Source: Nitrospirota bacterium (GTDB taxonomy: Bacteria > Nitrospirota > UBA9217). Taken from it: 64,000 nucleotides of DNA. The position numbers and the translations under genes are program-made. Positions 30,659-42,882 of the stretch are shown here, in pieces (position 1 is the stretch's first letter; each line of letters starts with the position of its first letter). The notes beneath the pieces are model-generated. The model ran no database searches and had not been told where the DNA came from. It saw only the letters and a program-made list of their open reading frames with translations. The DNA lies in the NCBI GenBank assembly GCA_963741205.1, contig CAVUHW010000018.1, forward strand, positions 64,001-128,000, written 5' to 3'.

Positions 30659-31959
30659 TCAGTATGCCGCCTGTCTCAGCAGCCGTTCGAATCCCGGAAA
30701 GGATGTTTCGATCCACCCGGCGTCGCGCACGAACGTATCTCCCCGGGCGGCAAGGCCGGCGACGGCCATGGACATGGCGATGCGGTGGTCTCCGTGGCTC
30801 TCGCATACCGCGCCCTGAAGCGTCTCCTGCCCGGTGATTTCCATCCCGTCGGGGAACTCCGTCACTACGACGCCCATCTTGCGCAGTTCGGCAGCCATCG
30901 TCGCGATCCGGTCGGACTCCTTGACCCGGAGTTCGGCGGCGTCCCTGATGACGGTCTTGCCCTCGGCATAGGAGGCCGCAACGCACAGGACCGGGATTTC
31001 GTCGATGGCCCGCGGGATGATGTCTCCCGCGATCTCGACACGGCCCGGAGCCTGTCCGTACCTGTACACGGATGTCGGCCACCGGCTCTCCCGCCTGTTC
31101 CCGCCTGTTCTCAAGGCCGATATCGGCCCCCATGCCCGCGAAGGACATCGATGACGCCGGTGCGCGTGGGATTGACGCCGACGTTTCTTATCGTGAGGTC
31201 CGACCCGGGAACAATCGAGGCGGCAACCATGAAGAACGCCGCTGATGAAATGTCGGAGGGAATGGCGAGCGGTCCCGGTGCGCGAAGCCGCTGCCGTCCG
31301 CGCACGGTCACCCGGTTCCCCTCTTCCTTCACCTCAACGCCGAAGAACCGGAACAGGCGCTCTGTGTGGTCCCGCGACTTGGACGGTTCGCTGACCGATG
31401 TCGCGCCGTCCGCATACAGACCGGCCAGAAGCAGCGCCGACTTGACCTGGGCGCTGGCTATCGGGCTGGTGTAATCGATGGCCCTGATGCCCCTGCCTCC
31501 GCGGATCGCGAGCGGGGCAAGCCTGCCGCCGGAACGGCCGTCGATCCGTGCGCCCATCTGCCGGAGCGGCTCCACGATCCTGGCCATGGGCCTCTTTCGC
31601 AGGTACTCGTCGCCCGAAAGGACGGAGAAAAAATCCTGTCCCGCGAGCAGGCCCGCCAGGAGCCGCATGCCGGTGCCCGAGTTCCCGAGATCGAGCACGC
31701 CGTCGGGCTCGGACAGGCCATCAAGCCCCTTTCCGTGCACCACGAGGCTGTCGGTCCCGATCCCCTCGACTCCGATTCCGAGCATCCGCATCGCCCTTGC
31801 CGTATTCATCGTATCTTCGCCGGTCAAAAACCCGGCGATGTGCGTGTCCCCTTCGGCAATGGCGGCGAACATCGACAGCCCGGTGCGAGATGGACTTGTC
31901 CCCGGCAGCCCGATCTCTCCGCGAAGTCCGCGCGAGGGTTGTATCACGAGGTCGGACAT
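30659..31959 (-). CDS. aroA: 3-phosphoshikimate 1-carboxyvinyltransferase; frameshifted
   Basis: [58 protein letters not shown]. Confidence 0.95.
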
Positions 31960-32826
31960 TTAGCCCAATCCCCTGCGAAGCACGCTGGCCGCTTGGAACA
32001 GTTTTTCGAGTTTGACGCCGTCCTGGTGCTTGATCGCTTTTTTTATCCTGTTCAGGGAAAACTGGTACCGCTCTATCATTTCGACGATGTTCGGGCCGTT
32101 GAGGAGACAGATGTCCCTCCACATTTCCGGAGAACTCGCCGCGATCCTGCGTGAAGTCCCGGAACCCCGCGCCTGAAAAGGTGATATAGTTCTCCGTGCC
32201 CTCATTGAATTCCGCCACGGTATTGACCATGGCATATGCGGCTGCGTGCGGCAGATGACTTACCGCGGAAAAAATATGGTCATGGGCGTCGGGGCTCATG
32301 ATGAGCACCTTCGCGCCGGCTGCAAGCCACAACGATTTCACGGTCTCAAGCGCCTGCAGGTCCGTTTTTTCCGTCGGGGTCAAAATGCATTTCGCATCCT
32401 GAAACAGCGTCCCGGACGCCTCGGACACGCCGTGCTTTTCCTTGCCCGCGATGGGATGTCCGGGGACATAGTGCACATCCGCCGGAAGAAGCGCTTCAAT
32501 GAGCGCGGACAAGACTTCCCTTGACGCTGCCCACATCGGTGAGGATCGATCCCTTTTTCAGATGCGGAGCGATCTCGCGGACGACCGTCTCAAAAATGCC
32601 CACGGGCGACGCAAGGACCACGAGGTCAGCGTTTTCGACGGCATGACTTCGAACCGTGGCCCAGGTGATCGATCACGCCGAGCTTGAGCGCCAGTTCGAG
32701 CGTTTCCCTGCTCCTGCCCGCTCCCATGATCTCGCCCGCGAGGTTCCTGTCCTTCAGGACCCTTGCCAGCGATCCGCCGATCAGTCCGACGCCGATGATG
32801 GTGACTTTGTTAAAGTGAAGTGCCAT
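31960..32826 (-). CDS. tyrA: Prephenate/arogenate dehydrogenase; frameshifted
   Basis: IIGVGLIGGS, GHPIAGKE, HDHIFSAVSHLPH, GAGFRDFT, SSPEMWRDI. Confidence 0.92.
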
Positions 32827-32931
32827 TGAATTTTCTTGACATACCGATTTAAAAAATCCAAAAATCTGTGTTTCGAAGGATTACGGGATAGAAATGATTT
32901 ATTTTATTCCGCAATCCGCAATCCGCATTCG

Positions 32932-33946
32932 TCAGATTTCTCTTCCCACCGCCGCCGCGATCGGCTTCATCTCGTCCATCAGTTGTTTGAAGCTCTTGGG
33001 CTTGAGCGATTGTTCGCCGTCGCAGAGCGCTTCCTCGGGGTTCGAATGCACCTCGATGATCAGGCCGTCGGCCCCGGCGGCGACCGCGGCCTTTGCCATG
33101 GGGGCTACGAGGTCCCATTTGCCCACGGCATGGCTCGGGTCCACGATGACCGGCAGGTGCGTCATCTGTTTCAAGACCGGCACTGCGGAGAGGTCGAGCG
33201 TATTACGGGTCGCCGTCTCGTAGGTGCGGATGCCGCGCTCGCAGAGGATCACCTGATGGTTGCCGCCGGACATGATGTACTCGGCGGACATGAGCCATTC
33301 CTTGATCGTGGCCGAGATGCCGCGTTTGAGGAGCACCGGCTTCTTGCACAGCCCCACTTCCCTGAGCAGCCGGAAGTTCTGCATGTTCCGGGCGCCGATC
33401 TGGAGCACGTCGGCGTATTTGGCGATCATCTCGATGTCCCGGGGGTCCATGACCTCCGTCACGATCGGCAGCCCCACGCGCTCGCGGGCCTCGGCAAGAT
33501 ACTTGAGCCCTTCCTCCTCGAGCCCCTGGAAGGCATAGGGCGAGGTCCTCGGCTTGAACGCGCCGCCGCGGATGAAAGTTGGCCCCTGCTTTCTTGACCT
33601 CTTTCGCAATCTCGATCAGGAGCGATTTGTTCTCCACGGCGCAGGGGCCCGCCATGACCGCGATCCTTTTCCCGCCGATCTGCTGCCCGCCGACGGTGAT
33701 GACCGTTTTCTCTCTCCTGAACTCCAGACTCGCCAGCTTGAAGGGCTTCAGGATGGGGAGCACTTTTTCCACGCCGGGGATGGCCTCGAGCGGTACGCTC
33801 TGGAGGATAGCCTCGTCGCCGATGGCGCCGATGATCGTCCGCTCCGTGCCCTTCGATACATGGGCCTGGAGCCCCAGGTCCTTGATCTTTTTTATGATGT
33901 GATCGACCTGTTCCTCGGTCGCATCAGGTTTCACGACGATGATCAT
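32932..33946 (-). CDS. aroF: DAHP synthase (type I-beta with N-terminal regulatory domain); frameshift near 33585
   Basis: [45 protein letters not shown]. Confidence 0.95.
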
Positions 33947-33968
33947 GATGGTCCTTTCTTAAGAACTT

Positions 33969-34086
33969 GCATGGCGCATAGCGCATAGAGCATGGCGTTT
34001 GAATCTTTTATATGCCACACGCTTTGATCTATGCTCTCAGTTATTTCCGCCTTGCCCTCTGCGCTTTGCGCTAAGCGCTATGCTCT
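33969..34086. repeat. Opposed heptamer repeat arrays (GCATAGC-like / GCTATGC-like)
   Basis: gcatggc-gcatagc-gcataga-gcatggc ... ctctgc-gctttgc-gctaagc-gctatgc. Confidence 0.7.
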
Positions 34087-35157
34087 TTTACAATCTTCTC
34101 CAGCTCCCCCACGAACCTCTTGTTCTCATCGGGGAGGCCGATCGTGACCCTGAGCCTTTTTCCGCCCATGGGCCGGATGATCACGCCCTGCTTGAGGAGC
34201 GAGGTATACACGTCCTTCGCGTCGAGTGCTGTTTCGAAGAGGATGAAGTTGGCCTCCGTCGGGATGTACGATCACACCGAGCTGCTGGAAGGACTGGTAG
34301 AGATACTGCTTTCCTTCGTTGTTGATCGCGATCGATTTTTCCACGTGCTTGCGGTCCGACAGCGCTGCCAGTGCGGCCGCCTGCGCCAGCGAGTTGGTAT
34401 TAAATGGCTGCCTCACCTTGTTCATGAGCTCCGCGATCTCGGGCTTCGTGATGCCGTAGCCGATGCGAAGGCCGGCAAGGCCGTAGATCTTCGAAAAGGT
34501 ACGGAGCGCGAGCACGTTCCGGCCTTCTTTCAGATAGTCCAGCGAATCGGGATAGTCGGCGTGGGTAACATACTCGAAATACGCTTCATCGACGGCCACG
34601 ATCACATGGTCCGGCACTCGGCCCATGAACCGGTCCATCTCGGCCCTGGTGTTCATGGTCCCCGTGGGATTGTTCGGGTTCGCGATGAAGACGATCTTCG
34701 TCTTCGGCGTGATCCGCTCCGCCATCGCGTCGAGGTCGTGACACATGTCTTTGCAGGGCACGATGACGTTCGCGCCGCAGGCGGCCTGGGTGATCATTTT
34801 ATACACGACGAAGGAAGGATCGGCCGAAATGATCTCGTCGCCGGGCTGGACAAAGGTGCGCACCACAAGTTCGATGAGCTCGTTCGAGCCGTTGCCCAGG
34901 ATGACCTGGGAAATATCCACGTCGTATTTTTTTGCAAGGGCCTGGGAAAGGTAAAAGCCGCTGCCGTCGGGATACCGGTTGAGTCCCTCGACCACCTTCT
35001 TGAGCGCCGCAATCGCCTTGGGCGAGGGGCCGAGGGGGTTCTCGTTCGATGCGAGCTTGATGCTCCCGCTGATCCCGAGCTCCCGCTCCAGTTCCTCGAT
35101 CGGCTTGCCCGGGACGTAGGGGGAGATGTTCTTGATATTGTCGGATACGGTAATCAT
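34071..35157 (-). CDS. hisC: Histidinol-phosphate aminotransferase; frameshift near 34270
   Basis: YVPGKPIEE, KLASNENP, GNGSNELI, ANPNNPTG, DEAYFE, RTFSKIYGLAGLRIGY. Confidence 0.95.
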
Positions 35158-35185
35158 GATCGCAACTCCTCATTACGGATTGTCT

Positions 35186-35258
35186 GTTGCGGGTTGCGCG
35201 GTGCGAGGTGCGAGTTGAAACCCATAAACCCGCAACCCGTAACTCGCAACCCGTAACC
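35186..35258. repeat. Opposed heptamer repeat arrays (GTTGCGG-like / CCGCAAC-like)
   Basis: gttgcgg-gttgcgc-ggtgcga-ggtgcga-gttg ... aacccgc-aacccgt-aactcgc-aacccgt-aacc. Confidence 0.75.
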
Positions 35259-35269
35259 GTTGCTTCTCG

Positions 35270-36343
35270 CTACTGACTCTTCGGATACGACCCCAAAACC
35301 TTCAGGAACATGCAGTCCTGCCGCAGCCGTTCGATCGCAGCTGCGACCTTTTCATCCTCGATGTGGCCTTCCATATCGAGGAAGAAAACGTAGTCCCAAA
35401 CCTTCCGTCCCGACGGCCGGGCATCGAGCCTGTTCAGGTTGATGCCGCTCTCGGCAAAGGGCGCGAGCATGGTATAGAGGGCGCCGACCTTGTCCTTGAT
35501 GGAGAACATGATCGAGGTCTTGTCGCGGCCCGTTTTCCCCGGAGATTTCCGGGCGATGACAAGAAACCGCGTAATATTGCTGATGTTGTCCTCGATCTTC
35601 CTGGCCGCGATCTGGAGTCCGTACAAGAGCGCGGCCATCTCGCTGGCGATCGCCCCAGCCTCGGGGTCGTCCGCAGCCATTTCCGCGGCCCTGGCCGTGG
35701 AGGGCGCGTCAAGGACCGGCACGCCGGGCAGATTTTTCTCAAGCCACTGCCTGCACTGCGCCGCGGCGGGCGAGATCGTATAGATCTTCTTGATGTCCTC
35801 GACCTTGCCCGACTTGTTCAAGAGGTGCTGAGACACCTCGAGCATGATCTCGGCGTATATCTTGAGGTCGGAATCGATGAACATGTCGAGGGTGTAGATC
35901 ACCGCCCCCGAGGTGGAATTCTCGATGGGCACCACGCCGTAGTCGGCCCGGCTGCGCTCCACTTCATTGAACACGTCCTTGATGTTCTCCACGGCTACGT
36001 ATTGCGCCTCAAGCCCGAACTGCTGCATGCCGGCCTGGTGCGTGAAGGTTGCGCGCGGGCCCAGGTAAGCCACCTTAAGCGGGCGTTCCAGAGACAGCGA
36101 CGACGAAAGGATCTCGTGGTAGACCGCCTTGAGCGTGTTCTGGGGAAACGGGCCCTTGTTGCGCGCGGTCAGGCGCTCCAGGATCTCCCGTTCGCGCGAA
36201 GGCGAATGAAAGTCCAGCTTTTCCGCCTTCTTGATGTTCCCGACCTCGATGACGATGCGGGCGCGCTCGTTCAAAAGGTCGACCAGCTTGTTGTCGAGCT
36301 CGTCGATCTTTTGCCGCAGCTCCTGAATTTTTTGTTTGGACAT
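35270..36343 (-). CDS. pheA: Chorismate mutase/prephenate dehydratase (P-protein)
   Basis: LRQKIDELD CM domain; AYLGP..TFT, VVPIENST, NITRFLV, ACT domain ending KVLGSYP. Confidence 0.95.
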   Translation of the reverse strand: MSKQKIQELRQKIDELDNKLVDLLNERARIVIEVGNIKKAEKLDFHSPSREREILERLTARNKGPFPQNTLKAVYHEILSSSLSLERPLKVAYLGPRATFTHQAGMQQFGLEAQYVAVENIKDVFNEVERSRADYGVVPIENSTSGAVIYTLDMFIDSDLKIYAEIMLEVSQHLLNKSGKVEDIKKIYTISPAAAQCRQWLEKNLPGVPVLDAPSTARAAEMAADDPEAGAIASEMAALLYGLQIAARKIEDNISNITRFLVIARKSPGKTGRDKTSIMFSIKDKVGALYTMLAPFAESGINLNRLDARPSGRKVWDYVFFLDMEGHIEDEKVAAAIERLRQDCMFLKVLGSYPKSQ

Positions 36344-36610
36344 TACGGTAACAACCTGCCTGAAGAGGATTTGCAATTATAGTTTATTTTTTCAGCAGTT
36401 GCAAGGGTTTTTTGGCAAAGTACGGTCATTTTCTCATGTAAAGTATCGGTGCCGACTTCACTTTTTTCAGACCCTTGCGGGCATCTTTTCCACGGTATCC
36501 GGATTCCGCGGATCGCTGTCGGCACAATTGCCCTGCGGGCATACATACTTTACTATTTACTTTTCGCCGGCTTGAGCAATAATGCACTAGACATCTCGGG
36601 GGGGAAAACC

Positions 36611-37801
36611 ATGGATGCCGACCTTCTTACCGACATCAAATTCAACTGCGACGTTTCGGACGCCAAGTTCTGGGGCTTCTATTCGGTCTGCGGCCTGCTC
36701 ATGCGGTACCGGGACCTCTTCCGGTCGGAGAAGGGTCTTAAACCCTGGGCCGATATCCGGCGCGAGGACATCGCGGCCTGGATAGAACAGAAGGAGGCCC
36801 GCTGGCCCGAGCTGGAGCAGAAAGATCTCCGAGACCTTGTCATCAACGGTCATTCGTTTCATCCCTTCGATGTTGCCGGCATCAACCGTGCCTTGGGCGA
36901 CCGCGGTCTGGTTTACGGCGCCGGCTATGGCATGTACCTCAAACCCACGTTCTTCCTGGCGGAACTGCGCTCGGTCCGCACGATTGCGGGCCTGACCGTT
37001 TACACGACAGACAAGGAACTGGTCCGGGACCTCTTCACCGCTCCGGGCATGCTTCAGGAAAAGACCGTGTTCCTCCGTCTCGAGCCGCTCATCATGCTTC
37101 TCCTGTATAAACACTCGGAATTGAACACCCGGCAGGTTTCCGCGCTCGAGGATGCCTTTGCGCACTATGGGTTCCCCCACCGCCAGATCATTGATATAAC
37201 GTTTGAACAGCGGATAATGGAAATGGCGGAGCGCTACGCTGAAATTCTGCTTGCCCATGAGCTTGCGGAAGACGCGGAAGAAGTACCGGAATGGAAAGAG
37301 GTCCTCTCGCTGGCCGCGGGAGACCGGCAGGCGGAGCACTATCTCCGGGCCGTGAAAGACCTCGTCGCGGACACTTCGGACCGGGGACCGTTTAAGAAAA
37401 TCATCGAGGGCCGGGATCGCGGGGCGCTGGGCCTCACGATCGCTCTCACCGAAGGGTACCGCAAGGTCCTCTACCCCGAGATGAAAACGGCCTACGCGGA
37501 CTTCTCACTTCATCATGACTGGAAGGCCGTTGAACAGGCGCGTAGGACGGGATACGAGCGGTTCCTTTCGAAGCGGGACGAGATTGTCAGGCTTTTCCGC
37601 AGCGGCAGGGGGAAAGAGGAATTTCTCGGGGAGCTAAAGAAACTGATCAGCGCGTTAGTTAATCCCGGTCACGATCTCCGGGAGTCAGCCTGCTTCATGA
37701 TCGCAACCAGCTTTTTCCAGTCATACGTTTGCAGGTTCATGATCTGGGAGCGGATAAGCTTGATGGCCGAGGCAAGGTCGTCCTCCCGTTTCAGGTTGTA
37801 G
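36611..37801 (+). CDS. Conserved hypothetical protein (Sfum_1244-like); true end may be nearer 37660
   Basis: NCDVSDA...YSVCGLLMRYRDL, GLVYGAGYG..KPTFFLA, LAHELAE; the tail overlaps the convergent gene. Confidence 0.7.
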   Translation: MDADLLTDIKFNCDVSDAKFWGFYSVCGLLMRYRDLFRSEKGLKPWADIRREDIAAWIEQKEARWPELEQKDLRDLVINGHSFHPFDVAGINRALGDRGLVYGAGYGMYLKPTFFLAELRSVRTIAGLTVYTTDKELVRDLFTAPGMLQEKTVFLRLEPLIMLLLYKHSELNTRQVSALEDAFAHYGFPHRQIIDITFEQRIMEMAERYAEILLAHELAEDAEEVPEWKEVLSLAAGDRQAEHYLRAVKDLVADTSDRGPFKKIIEGRDRGALGLTIALTEGYRKVLYPEMKTAYADFSLHHDWKAVEQARRTGYERFLSKRDEIVRLFRSGRGKEEFLGELKKLISALVNPGHDLRESACFMIATSFFQSYVCRFMIWERISLMAEARSSSRFRL

Positions 37802-38316
37802 AACGGCAGGACTGCTGCGAAGGCCCGATCGGTATAGTCCTGGATCGGTACAAGCACATCACCCCGTCTCGTGTAATAAGGGTCTTCGCCTTCCGCGCAG
37901 GGTTGAGTGAAGACATTGAATTGCCGGCAGCCGATCGGCCTGACGGGATGGATGGAACAGGCATTGTCGATTAAAAACGGGCAGGCCGAACCTGCCGTGT
38001 GGCCGGCAAGCCGGTCCCGCAAAACCTCCCTGCCGGGGGCAACCATCTTTTCCGATACGTACCAGTAGATGCCGACCAATTCGTGGGGGTAGAGGGGAAG
38101 GTCCGCTTGATGGGCACAACAATTGCCGCAGCCTTTGCCGCATGCGAGTTTCGCCTTTCTCCGTTTCTCTTCATCCCGTATGGCTACGGCGACGCCGGTG
38201 TCCACGACGGCATAGGCATCAAGGAGCAGCGGCAGCCAGGGCAGACGTTTTTCATCATCCGGGAAATGAAGCCTCCTCGAAAGACCGTTATGAGCCCCCT
38301 TCTGCTTATTTTTCAC
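37669..38316 (-). CDS. YkgJ-family cysteine-cluster protein
   Basis: CGKGCGNCC, CPFL...CSIHPVRPIGCRQF. Confidence 0.85.
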   Translation of the reverse strand: MKNKQKGAHNGLSRRLHFPDDEKRLPWLPLLLDAYAVVDTGVAVAIRDEEKRRKAKLACGKGCGNCCAHQADLPLYPHELVGIYWYVSEKMVAPGREVLRDRLAGHTAGSACPFLIDNACSIHPVRPIGCRQFNVFTQPCAEGEDPYYTRRGDVLVPIQDYTDRAFAAVLPFYNLKREDDLASAIKLIRSQIMNLQTYDWKKLVAIMKQADSRRS

Positions 38317-38575
38317 GTCAAACTCCCTTCAAGATGCCGCATGATCGCAGCAGAAAACGCACTGCACAATAACACAGCCCCCGGGAAAAAACAATATGCA
38401 GCGTGTGGTAAATTTGCAGTCCAAAACTTCGCGCCGCTCTTTCCCTTACCCGGATCGACGGTAAGGACCATGCATATTTCGGTCTAAAAGCCCTGCTTTT
38501 GCAATAAAATGACTCCCACCGCCTTTGCCTGCCGTATGCACGCCTGTGCTATACTTAATCCAAAGGGGGGGCTTT

Positions 38576-38987
38576 ATGATTGAAATTATCACGGGCATCG
38601 GCGTGGCGGCATTTATCGTGTATGCCATTTTTTCCGTTGTCTACATGATGAGTATGAAAAGAATGAGCGATGCCCTGCATGATTTTATCCTGCGGACGGA
38701 AGGCAACACGAACGCTACACTGGCCGAACTCAAGGTGACGCTTGAAAATATACGGAAAATAACCGACGATATCGGCGCGGTATCGCAGGATGCGCGGCAG
38801 ATATCGAATTCCCTTGCTGACCGTGGAAAAAGGTATGCGTATGGTTTTTGAAAATGCGAAGGAAAGTATCGGCTCCGCTGCCGGGGCACGCTATGCAGGC
38901 TTAAAGGCCGGTATCAAGGCCGGAATTGCCACCTTTGGGAAAAATCCAACAGAGAAAGGGAGTGATGATCATGAAGGAGAACCTTGA
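38576..38987 (+). CDS. DUF948-like membrane-anchored coiled-coil protein; frameshifted
   Basis: N-terminal TM then amphipathic helix; adjacent to a YtxH gene, a common pairing. Confidence 0.65.
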
Positions 38988-39258
38988 AGCCGAAAAAAGG
39001 GGAGGCTCCATACTGGTGCCGTTTTTAGTGGGAGGCCTCATAGGCGCCATTGCGGCGCTTTTACTGGCGCCGAAGGCGGGGAAAGAACTGAGGAAAGACA
39101 TCAAGGATTTTGCCGCAAACACCCGCGATAACCTTGCCGCAACCATCGACAGAGGCAAGGGACTGTATGAGGGAAGCATATCTGCGGTCAAGACCGCCAT
39201 CGATGCCGGCAAAGAGGCGTATGTCGAGGAACGGGACAGACACCGTCATGCGGCATGA
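38971..39258 (+). CDS. YtxH-domain protein
   Basis: FLVGGLIGAIAALLLAPKAGKELRKDI. Confidence 0.9.
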   Translation: MKENLEAEKRGGSILVPFLVGGLIGAIAALLLAPKAGKELRKDIKDFAANTRDNLAATIDRGKGLYEGSISAVKTAIDAGKEAYVEERDRHRHAA

Positions 39259-39267
39259 TGAATCCGT

Positions 39268-39302
39268 AAAGCGCGTTTCCTGCCTGGGAGCGCGCTTTTT
39301 TT
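39268..39302 (+). terminator. Rho-independent terminator
   Basis: aaagcgcgtttcc...gggagcgcgctttttt. Confidence 0.75.
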
Positions 39303-39385
39303 ATGCCAACATCATTTCCCCGCTCCGATAATTTCCTAATCCGCGTTCATCCGATTTTCTCTGCGTCCAAATACTTTTCTTAGCT

Positions 39386-40883
39386 TTATCCCGCTTTGAG
39401 CAAATCCGGATTCGTGTGGGGTATAAACACCGCCCCCAAGAACTCCTTCATGAACTCCGGGTCATCGTGCATGTGCTTGTAGGTGATCTTGCCGACGACG
39501 GCATTCACCGCGTCCACGAGGCCGGCGTCGGCGAGCAGCATGCGGGCCCCCGCGAGGGATGAATTGCCGAGGGGCCTCACGATCCCACGCGACCATGCAG
39601 GCAGCATGCCGATGCCGGCCGCCTTTACGGGGTCGATGCCTGTTCCGAGCGCGCCGGAGACATACACGTTCGCGATGTCGCCGAAGGAAATGCCGACGGA
39701 CCGCGTGAGCACCAACAGCAGCGTGAACATGGCCGCCTTGGATTTCATGAAGTTGTGTATCTCGGCCTGGGTGATGAATAGAGCATCGTGACCGTCTTCG
39801 CAGGAGATAGTGAAGGCCCTCTCGCCGTCGATCTCGGAAACATATTCGCCGGGGATGAGCGCGCCGCTTTTGTCGATCATGCCCGCCTTATAAAGTTCAT
39901 AGAGGAGGCTTATCATGCCGGAGCCGCAGATCCCTTCCGGCCTTCCCTGGTCAAAGGTCTTGCAGGCGATGTTCCGACCCCTGATCTCGAAATCATAGAC
40001 GATGCCTTTCTTCGCCCGCTTGCCGATCCGGCAGATGCCTTCTTCGAGCGCAGGCCCGGCAGCCCCCGCCCCGACGATCATCCAGTCCCGGTTTCCGATC
40101 ACGACCTCCGCATTGGTGCCCACGTCGATCAGGATCGAGATCTCGTCCGACCGGAACATGCCCGAAGCCATGATGCCGGACGCGATGTCGCCGCCCACGT
40201 AGCTCCCGGCGTTCGGAAATACGTAGACAGCGGCCTCGGGGTTGATATCGAGGGACAACTCCGATGCAGCGAAGAATCCCGGCGTCCGGACCACGGGGAC
40301 GAAAGGGGTCGACGGGGATCGTGCTGATATCAAGGCCGAGAAAGAAATGGCTCATCACGGTATTCCCCGCCACGGCCATCGCGTGGATGTATTGACTTTC
40401 GATCCCCGCCTCGCTGCAGAGCGCGGCGATCAGGCCATTGATCCCGTCGATAAGAGAGCGGTAAACCTCACCGGCATGGTCCGACATGGCATGATGCATG
40501 CGGGTCAGGATATCGCTGCCGAATGCGATCTGGGGGTTCTCGATACTCCGGGTGAGCACGTCTTTCTGCTCGATATTGTCATAGAGCAGCGCGACGAGAT
40601 TCGTCGTCCCCAGGTCCAGCGCGATGGAGTATGAGCGCTCCGTGCCGATGTCGATCAGACGAAGGTCGTCCCCGATCCTGCCGATGATGCAGGCAAAGCG
40701 CGGCATCCTTTGCAGCGAAGGCCGGCAGCCGCTTCATGATCGAGAGAGGAATCGCCAGATCGGGCCGAAGCCGAGCGCATCCCGGACTCGCTGGTCATGG
40801 GCTCGCCGGTCATCGCTTGACGGCGGTGGAAGGGAAACCTTTTTTTTGACGATCAACGGTGTCATCGCGCTCCTGCCATTCAT
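39386..40883 (-). CDS. ASKHA-domain (DUF4445/RACo-like) ATP-dependent reductive activator; frameshifted
   Basis: ALDLGTTN, NPQIAFGSDILTR, AGNTVMSH, SYVGGDI, DVGTNAE, AAGPALE, GICGSG, KSKAA, GNSSLAGA. Confidence 0.88.
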
Positions 40884-41060
40884 CGATCACGTTCAGGAAG
40901 ATACTATGAATAACACATCGGGAGAAGCTGTCAAATACTGTTTTGCAGTAAATACTGGCAACCGCATTGCGAAGACTGCATTGCGGATGAAAAAATGCAT
41001 TATACTTGATTTCTAGACGCCGCTGGAGCGAAGGATGGAAGCCTGAGGAGGAGTACTTTC

Positions 41061-42295
41061 ATGTATTCGACCGCCAATATAACGCGCAACACCATCGCCA
41101 TGGTCCTGGCCGGCGGCAAGGGGGAACGCTTAGGCCCCATCACCATCGGCAGGCCCAAGCCCGCCGTCCCCTTCGGCGGCAAATACAAGATCGTCGACTT
41201 CGTCCTCTCGAATCTCTTCAACTCCGGCATCCGGAAAGTCTATATCCTGACCCAGTATCAGGCCTACTCGCTCAACAAGCACATCAAGGAATCCTGGGGC
41301 AAGATGGGTCGGCCTCGGCGATTTTTACGACACCATCTCTCCCGAAACAACCCACATCGGCGAGCAATGGTACCGGGGCACGGCCGACGCCATCTACCAG
41401 AACCTGCGGTTCATCGAATCGTCGGGCGCCGATTTCGTGGCCATCTTCGGCGGCGACCACATCTACAAGATGGACATCGCGCAGATGATGGAGTACCACC
41501 GCATGAACAAGGCCGACATCACGATCGCGACGCTCGAGGTCTCCCCAGCCGAGGCGCAGCGCTTCGGCGTCCTCTCCGTCGACGAAGACCTCCGGGTCAC
41601 CTCGTTCCAGGAGAAGCCGCAGGACCCGCCGCTCGTACCGGGCCGCGGGACCTGCTTCGCCTCCATGGGGAACTACGTCTTCTCCGCGAAAAAGCTGATC
41701 GAGGTATTAAAGAAAGGCATGCACACGGTACGAGGACCTCGACTTCGGCAAGCACGTAATCCCCATGATGCTGGAACAGGGGGACCGCGTCTTCGCTTAC
41801 AGCTTCATGGACAACTGCGTGGACGGGATGGCGCCGAACGAGCGGGGTTACTGGAGGGACGTGGGCACGATCGACTCGTACTATGAGGCGAACATGGACT
41901 TGATCAGCGTCAGCCCGCAGCTTAACCTCTACAATTACACCTGGCCCATCCTGACCAACCAGGGGAACCTCCCGCCGGCCAAGACCGTGTTCGACGACGA
42001 GGGCAGGCGCGGCCACAACCTCGATTCCCTCGTCTGCGGCGGCTGCATCACCAGCGGATCGACCGTCAGGCGGTCGATCCTCGGGCCATCCTGCAGGGTG
42101 CACAGCTACGCACTCGTCGAGGACTCCATCCTGTTCGAGAACGTGGAGATCGGCCGGCACGCAAAGATCAAGAATGCCATCATCGCCGAAAACATCGTCA
42201 TCCCCGAAGGCATGGAGATCGGCCTCGACCACGAGGAGGACCGCTTGCGGGGCTGCATCGTGACCGACTCGGGGATCGTCGTGGTGACGAAATAG
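41061..42295 (+). CDS. glgC: Glucose-1-phosphate adenylyltransferase; frameshifted
   Basis: [54 protein letters not shown]-terminal hexapeptide repeats. Confidence 0.95.
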
Positions 42296-42452
42296 GAGGC
42301 TGAGAGAAGGGAATTTTCAAACGCGGCTGCGCATGCCGCTTTCCCGCTCGCGCCTGCTCGCAGTGATAATGCTGAGAGTAATCTCTCGAAGTTGATCCAC
42401 GGCAACGACTCGATCATCGTTTGCGGCAGAGGGACCGCCCTGTTATCTCTCG

Positions 42453-42882
42453 CTAAAAAGCGCCAGTCTCCTGCTTCTCCAATTCATCGCAGAGGGCCAT
42501 CATCTTCATAAATCTCTCGTTCTGAATTCCCGTGGCGATTTTCTCCGCCTCCTTCTGCTTCCCTTTTGCCAGGATCAGCGGGACGAGTTCCTCTTCGCGG
42601 GTCTTTTGAAACGCTTCCCAGATAGCAACGAGTTCTTTAAACTGAGCTTCTTTCCCCGTGGGCGCCTTCATGCCCGCAAGCATCGCGCTGACCGCATCAG
42701 CGGTGTCCTTTACCTTTTTTTGCTGGTCCGCGCCCCGTTGGTCGCCGTTGTCCAGCATGATCCAGAGAGAATATCTGGCGTCCTGTAACTTCTTTTTCAA
42801 GGCGGCGAACTCGCCTGCATACGCCACGAGCGCGATCAATACGAAAACGGGAACTAAGAACCCGGCCGCACTGTTTATTCAT
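42453..42882 (-). CDS. Exported helical protein resembling a stand-alone four-helix-bundle chemoreceptor ligand-binding domain; frameshift in the signal region
   Basis: Hydrophobic leader ..LIALVAYA; FKELVAIWEAFQKTREEELVPLI...EAEKIATGIQNERF. Confidence 0.6.
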
